A DNA stretch of 63,642 bases, the filler included, from Collodictyon triciliatum (Eukaryota): assembly GCA_043381765.1 (NCBI GenBank). It is 7 parts of 7 records of this genome, joined end to end, with 100 filler letters (N's around TTAATTAATTAA, not from the genome) between each part and the next. Parts side by side here need not be neighbours in the genome. Positions count along the whole stretch, not along the records: positions 50,521 to 58,575 come from JBHJMP010000639.1; positions 58,676 to 63,642 come from JBHJMP010000642.1; 5 more parts are not named here. One strand, 5' to 3'. Under the pieces are notes generated by a model. That model saw nothing but the letters and a program-made list of their open reading frames with translations, had not been told where the DNA came from and did not search any database. Made by a program: the position numbers and the translations under genes. This document shows positions 53,194 to 63,642 of the stretch, in pieces. Numbering within the stretch: position 1 is the stretch's first letter; the number at the start of each line of letters is the position of its first letter.

Positions 53194-54351
53194 TACACCA
53201 CAAAGTAGATGGGTCTGGTCAGGATATCCTCTTTTGTCTTAAAATGTACTTGTGCTCAAACTCCTTCCTTTTCACCTAATTCAAGCTAATACGTAATTTA
53301 TCAAAGCTACCTATTCTGAACCGTGTAAAGCGGCTTATAAAAACTGCCCCTCAACCCAAAAGAAAAAGAAAAGCTAAATCAACCAATGACCAAAACGACA
53401 AATCAAGAAAACGAGAAAAAAAAAGGAAAAAGAAAGACGTCCATTTAAGATACCACCCCACCAGCCCAGGTATCCCCCGCTATCAATCTGTGCGCTATTA
53501 ACCTCATACGGAGCAAACTCTCTCCCCTCTCTTCTTTTCATCATCTTCATCATCATCTCTCTACATTAAAAGCCCCGACTAGGGAGCGCATCCCCTTGTC
53601 TCTAATTCCGTCACGCCGAAGCAAATCCACAGACGCCACGCCACCACGCAGGAATCCAGACACACGGGAACAACGACCTGAAAAGGATAATTTCCAGAAG
53701 TAGATATGGGAGACCAGATTATGCAGAGAAAAATTACGTTTCCGTCTGCCACACAGATCAACTGTTTATGCGAAGCGCGGGATCTGGGCGCACCAATCGA
53801 TGGCCGGGAAGGGGAGTTGGGGGAGGTCTTTGTGGGACGACTTGTTCAGTGCACAAAGAGTTGCCTGTGTGAGTAAGGCTGGTGATGGTGATGGTGATGG
53901 TGATGATGATGATGATGATGATGATGTTGGCCTTTCCTTGCATCACTTCTGTCATTTTTTTCTACTTTTTCATGGTGTCACCATTTTGATTCTTTCTTTT
54001 GTCGTGTTGCCTCTATGGCGGCGTCATTCCTTTTCCGAGGCGGAGCGGCCCGTAAAGATCACGGACGATCGTGCCTCCTCCACAAGCACACAATTTTGTT
54101 GCCATAGCCAACCCAGCCCGAGAGATCGTAGATTTTTGTTGTGAAGCCTCCTCTCCAGCCTTTTGCCTTCTGATCTATGTATTGATCTATTTGTTGGTCG
54201 CTGTCGCTGTCGCTATGCTTCTGCTGACTCTTTCCAACAAGAGTCAATAAGATACGCCAAGCGCCGATGCTCTCCTTTTTCTTCTTTTTTTTTTTTTAAA
54301 GAAATATAACGGTCAAAAACAAGACAAAACAAAAGCTCAATTGCTCCAGGA

Positions 54352-57300
54352 ATGAAAACAACACGTGGCAGGCTCCTGGTAATACTCTACATGGCGCTGG
54401 TCGCCCTTTGCGCGGTGTTTGTCACGTCTGCTAGACAACACATCCCTGAATCTCGGCTTGATCTCCGTAAGTAGCTTACCATTCGTAGCCGTCTGGTTGG
54501 GAGTCTGTTCTCTTTTCAAGTTGCTTTCATCTCTTACACTTCTGGCTATGATTACTATTTTATTTCTCTTTCAAAAGAAACGCGCTAGGCGACAGGCTTG
54601 TCCTGATCAGACTCGCCAATGATGTATCTAGAAGTTTTGTTAATTGTACCTCTTTTTTTTCTTATTATTTTGGAAAAAAAAACAACCAATAAACTTAAAA
54701 TGCAGACGAGAACGTCCCTCAACGGAGCCTTTTATCAAAGGCCTTGGACAAAAAAACATTAGCCTACCAGCTGTCAGAGTCACTTACCTACCGAAAGAAA
54801 TCACTCCCTCGCAAAAATACAAAATTGGAGAACGTTCCAAATGAAGTCCAATTTAATATGGATTACGTGGAGGTATGGCGAGATCGCATAATATAAACAT
54901 ACATTCTTCCATATACATACATACATACATACATACATACATACATACATACATACATACATACATACATACATACATACATACATACATACATACATAC
55001 ATACATACATACATACATACATACATACATNNNNNNNNNNNNNNNNNNNNNNNNNNNNNNNNNNNNNNNNNNNNNNNNNNNNNNNNNNNNNNNNNNNNNN
55101 NNNNNNNNNNNNNNNNNNNNNNNNNNNNNNNNNNNNNNNNTACATACATACATACATACATACATACATACATACATACATACATACATACATACATACA
55201 TACATACATACATACATACATACATACATACATACATTGTTTTCATAAATAAGGACCATGTGATGATCACCTGTTTTACAAAAGCATGTATTTAAAATTA
55301 TAGTCGATTGCACTCATCGCCGTTCCAGGATTTGTTTTGAGTGTATTGTTTTTGTTGTACTCCGTCTCTATGGCCATATTCACTTATTGCTGCCCGACTT
55401 GTTGTGCCCCATCAACAGCCGGCTATTCATCAGCCGAAGTTGCTCGAAAGCGCCGAAAAGTGTATTTTGCCATGTCTTTGAACAGCTTGGTCGTCCTGTA
55501 TGTTACGAGCATGTGCTCATATTCCTTTTGCACACAAATATCATTGATTACCACTTTTTTTAAAAGTAATGAATGAATGCGAGAATACTTATGTTATAAT
55601 TGCTCATGACACATAGATTCTTTTGTATCGTCGTTTTTGCAAATGCTCCGTACTTTTCCAGTGGAGTGCAGGACGTAATCGATACTGTCTCTGAGACGGT
55701 TGAGACCACCGTCGATGTCATATCTGATGTGGATACAGCTGCAACTCAACTTGCACAAGACATTCCCATTCGCATGGACCAAGTATGTTCTACTTGCTGT
55801 AATACAAGGAATTCATAAATATCTCGACAAGAAGATTCTTTTCTATCTGAACTTGAAGATGTTGTGTAGCATCATCCCTGATATCTCTCGTCCCCCACTA
55901 GATAGTCGCTAATCTAAGCGATGTAGAAGTCCTATTGGCACAAATAAACACCCTGGAGACACAGTTAGAAGACGCTGAATCTCAGATCAATGTGCTCAAT
56001 ACCGATCTGAGCAATCTGTCTCTTCCACCCTCTGGATCCTTGCCTGAAACAGGTTTTAAAAGCCTAGATACATAGCCCGAATCATATTCATATCTTTGAT
56101 CCGATGAACTATGCTCACAAAAAAAAAATGAATATTTTGAAGAAAGTGCCATCGAATCTGCAAAGAAATCTGCTAGTGAGTCTGCTCAGATCATTAATGA
56201 TCTTCAGGTTTATAGCTTACCTGCCTACTCAAACATACCATTCATCTTATTTCCATGGAGAAGGCGAATTTACGTTATCAGTATTCTTATTCTTATTATT
56301 TTGTAGAGTCTCGCTGCCTCGCTAGAGAGTGAAGTCGTAACGGTAAAGCCTAGATTTACAATAATTTTCTCTGTGCCGTCGGGAGCAAATGATGCTCACA
56401 AACTCACTCCTATTTCTTTTTTTTTTTTTTAACTCTGTGAGTCTAGATTTATGACGATATGGTTAACACCATTGAATCGAAAAAAACCGAGATTGACCAG
56501 ATCACTCAGGATATTATTACTCAACTCGACGATGTAAGTCTAGATTCTGAACAGCTCGGAGCTACTCAAGCAAATTCCCCTCATATAAGCACTTGCAGGG
56601 ACAAGAATCTCATTCTAAATTATTAAAGCTAAATCCATAAACAATTCTTAGGTACTTGAAAAAGCCCAAGATATCGACCAAGATGTGGATGATGAAGCTG
56701 AGAAAGCATCTACATATCAAAACATCAAGTTTGAGAGAATAATACCTTTTTGTTTTTTTTTTCTCCCCTTTGTTTTTATTTTATTCGTTTATTCCTTTTC
56801 TCTTCATTTTAATGGTCTCGGTTATGCCTTTTATTCTCCAATAAAACTCTTTCATTTTCGAATTGGCTGCTTCCAGGCATAAGTTAATTTTTATGTTATA
56901 TATGATTAATATTATGATTTTAAGAAAAGTATACACGTAACTTATGCAGTGCCCAGGGAACGGCAGCATTTTTCGTCATTCCTTTCTTGGGTTGTGTGTT
57001 TGTGGGATTGGGGCTTTACTTTGACAACAAACTATTAACTATCGTGTACCTTTTAAATTTTACCTCTACGAACGTGAATAAAATGTGTTAGACCCTCTCT
57101 GACCAGGAAGCTAACATATTATTACCTATTATAGGAGTTTTGTCTTTCTCTCTATATCCGGTATTATCTTATGGATTTTGGTTGGTGTCTATCTTCCAGC
57201 TGGAGTTTTGATGACCGATTATTGCGAAGAGGTTTCAATCCTTATGTACACTTACAATACATGTATTTTTTTTTTCATCTGATAAGAATGAAAGCCATAA

Positions 57301-58472
57301 AAAAAATCTAATTGAATTGTGTTAGCCTTATGTAATCTTGGATGAGGGTCTTGATTACATCGGTGGTGACCCAGGTGCAAAAAATTGATAAATTACTTGC
57401 TTTCCAGAAAAGAAATATACAATCCAGTTATTAATGGATTAATTATGTTTAGAAACTGCGATTCGTGGGTGCTTCAACCGCCAGAGCATTTTCGTATCAC
57501 TTGGGTACGAAGATGAGTTGCAAGTGAGACATTCTTTAATACCTTTCAAAATAGCGAACTCTGGATATTACCCAAAAGCTTTTGAAGGGTGACACAGCCA
57601 CTCGAGCAAATATTTATCTTTTCAAACGAAACAAAAACGTAGGTAAGCTCGTACTTTGATTACGATAGTTATGTGGATGACTATTTTGCCTTCCGCGATG
57701 CATATGACATTGAAGAACTGCGTAGCTATGTTGAAGAGGTCTGTTTATCTTGAAACCTTCACCCCCCGCTCCCCCCCCCCCACNNNNCACACACACACAC
57801 ACACACACACACACTTTTTTTTTTTGGAAGCCTTTGGTTGTTCTTTTTTTCTCTTGAAAGATTGTGCGCGTAGTGTATTAACCCAAACGGGTTAGGTTAG
57901 CAAGCTCTGCAACTATAATCTTCTCGCTGATGTGCCTCTAATTACACCTGAGGGTAAGAAAAACTACCTTTATATGACAAGAGAAATCTTGACATTGGGA
58001 TTGATACACAATAACAGAATTGTGTATGTACAAGGGAGCATTCTATTTCCATTTTTATTCGATTCGACGAGGATAAGAACGTATTTGAAAATTATTAATT
58101 TTTTTTTATCTGTTTATCATACACCAGCCTATGGATTCAACGAGTCGAGTATCCAAACTGGAATTGATGAAATTAACGCCATCACACAGCCTTGTTGTGA
58201 TGCAACTTATTCAGTTTCAAACATATCATCCCTTGATGTAAGTAACGTGAATATCCCAGCCTTCTATCTTCTGTTTTCTTTGTTTTTTCCTTTTTCAGTA
58301 GCCGACTTCAAGTAAAATAGAATCTAAACGGAGAATTGTTCCTTTTAAGCCCCAAACCTTACCTGGGGTCCCGACTCAAGATATTAGAGATGAATTGGAT
58401 TCTATGCAGCAAGAAGTTGAAGCCCTTATATATCAAAATGCGACAATCTATGAGGAAATCAACGAATTGACA
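54352..58472 (+). CDS. Prominin/tweety-like membrane protein, copy 2 (3' end missing in gap)
   Basis: Signal-peptide-like MKTTRGRLLVILYMALVALCAVFVTSA; MDYVE|SIALIAVPG-TM1; CCPTCC loop; TM2; long heptad-like loop; TM3 (AAFFVIPFLGCVFVGLGLYF); TM4 ending VYLPAGVLMTDYCEE; second loop homologous to copy 1. Confidence 0.7.
54912..55236. repeat. Intronic (TACA)n tetramer repeat spanning an N gap
   Basis: Direct read; source of the spurious MYVC/YIHT ORFs. Confidence 0.95.
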
Positions 58473-59112
58473 GTACCGTCTTTATTTCCTTCTTTTTTTT
58501 TTTTTTTTTTTTTTGTTTTCCATTTTTTTTCATTTTTTTCCCTTTTTCCCAATTCAACGTCAGCGGTGTCAAACCNNNNNNNNNNNNNNNNNNNNNNNNN
58601 NNNNNNNNNNNNNNNNNNNTTAATTAATTAANNNNNNNNNNNNNNNNNNNNNNNNNNNNNNNNNNNNNNNNNNNNCTTTTTTCTCTCTTTTTTCTCTCTT
58701 TTTTCTCTCTTTTTTCTCTCTTTTTTCTCTCTTTTTTCTCTCTTTTTTCTCTCTTTTTTCTCTCTTTTTTCTCTTTTACTTTAGTTTATGTGTTTAAGGA
58801 GCTCCATCGCCGAGGGTATATGTTGAAGAGAGCGTATAAACTGCTGGGGGCCTCTAAATATGTGTACAGTTGCAAGTACCCCGAATGTCATAATTTATGT
58901 TGAAGAAAAGAGTACATGTGCCTCCTTAACATTTCTTTTCTGCATTTATCACGCGACCACAGAGCCGGTTTGCAAGCGATATTAATACAACAGAAAAAGT
59001 AGCATTCGAGTTTATAAAGTAATGTTTGAAGAAAGATACCGACTCCAACAAAAAAAAAAAATACATTTCAGCAGGAGGAACCGGAAGCTTGGATAAAAGT
59101 GATAGTCTCGAC

Positions 59113-63372
<4,260 letters not shown>

Positions 63373-63467
63373 TCATGACATACATTAAACTCTTCATATA
63401 TATCACCCGAGGACATGTTTATGAATAGTTAAGGGTTCATCTGATATGATGAATTGCCACTATCATG

Positions 63468-63576
<109 letters not shown>

Positions 63577-63642
63577 TTATTATTTTATTATTTTATTATT
63601 TTATTATTTTATTATTTTATTATTTTATTATTTTATTATTAT

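Overview
Gappy draft scaffold from an AT-rich, intron-dense microbial eukaryote; the organism cannot be identified from sequence alone. The standard genetic code fits every gene I spliced by hand (TAA, TAG and TGA all act as stops). Six identical 100-nt N/TTAATTAATTAA/N spacers join contigs, and several genes are cut at them. Genes in order: (1) large cytoskeletal protein with Sfi1-like centrin-binding repeats, coiled coil, a fimbrin-type CH domain and EF-hand-like modules; (2) partial BRE1/RNF20-40-like coiled-coil E3 (minus); (3) apparently stand-alone ZNFX1-C-terminal-like RING module (minus); (4) Ulp1/SENP SUMO protease; (5) ankyrin + armadillo protein; (6) a predicted 965-aa divergent actin-like protein with a ~570-aa disordered N-terminal extension (minus); (7) ADCY10/sAC-type double cyclase + STAND NTPase; (8) DDX46/Prp5 (minus, 5' partial); (9,10) tandem prominin/tweety-like membrane proteins; (11) plant ACBP4/5-like ACBP-kelch protein. 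Introns often carry microsatellites, which explain most low-complexity ORFs in the track, and many acceptors are A-tract + AAG. I recognised no tRNA, rRNA, CRISPR array or transposon. Family calls rest on motif recall, not database searches, and exon joins are manual predictions.
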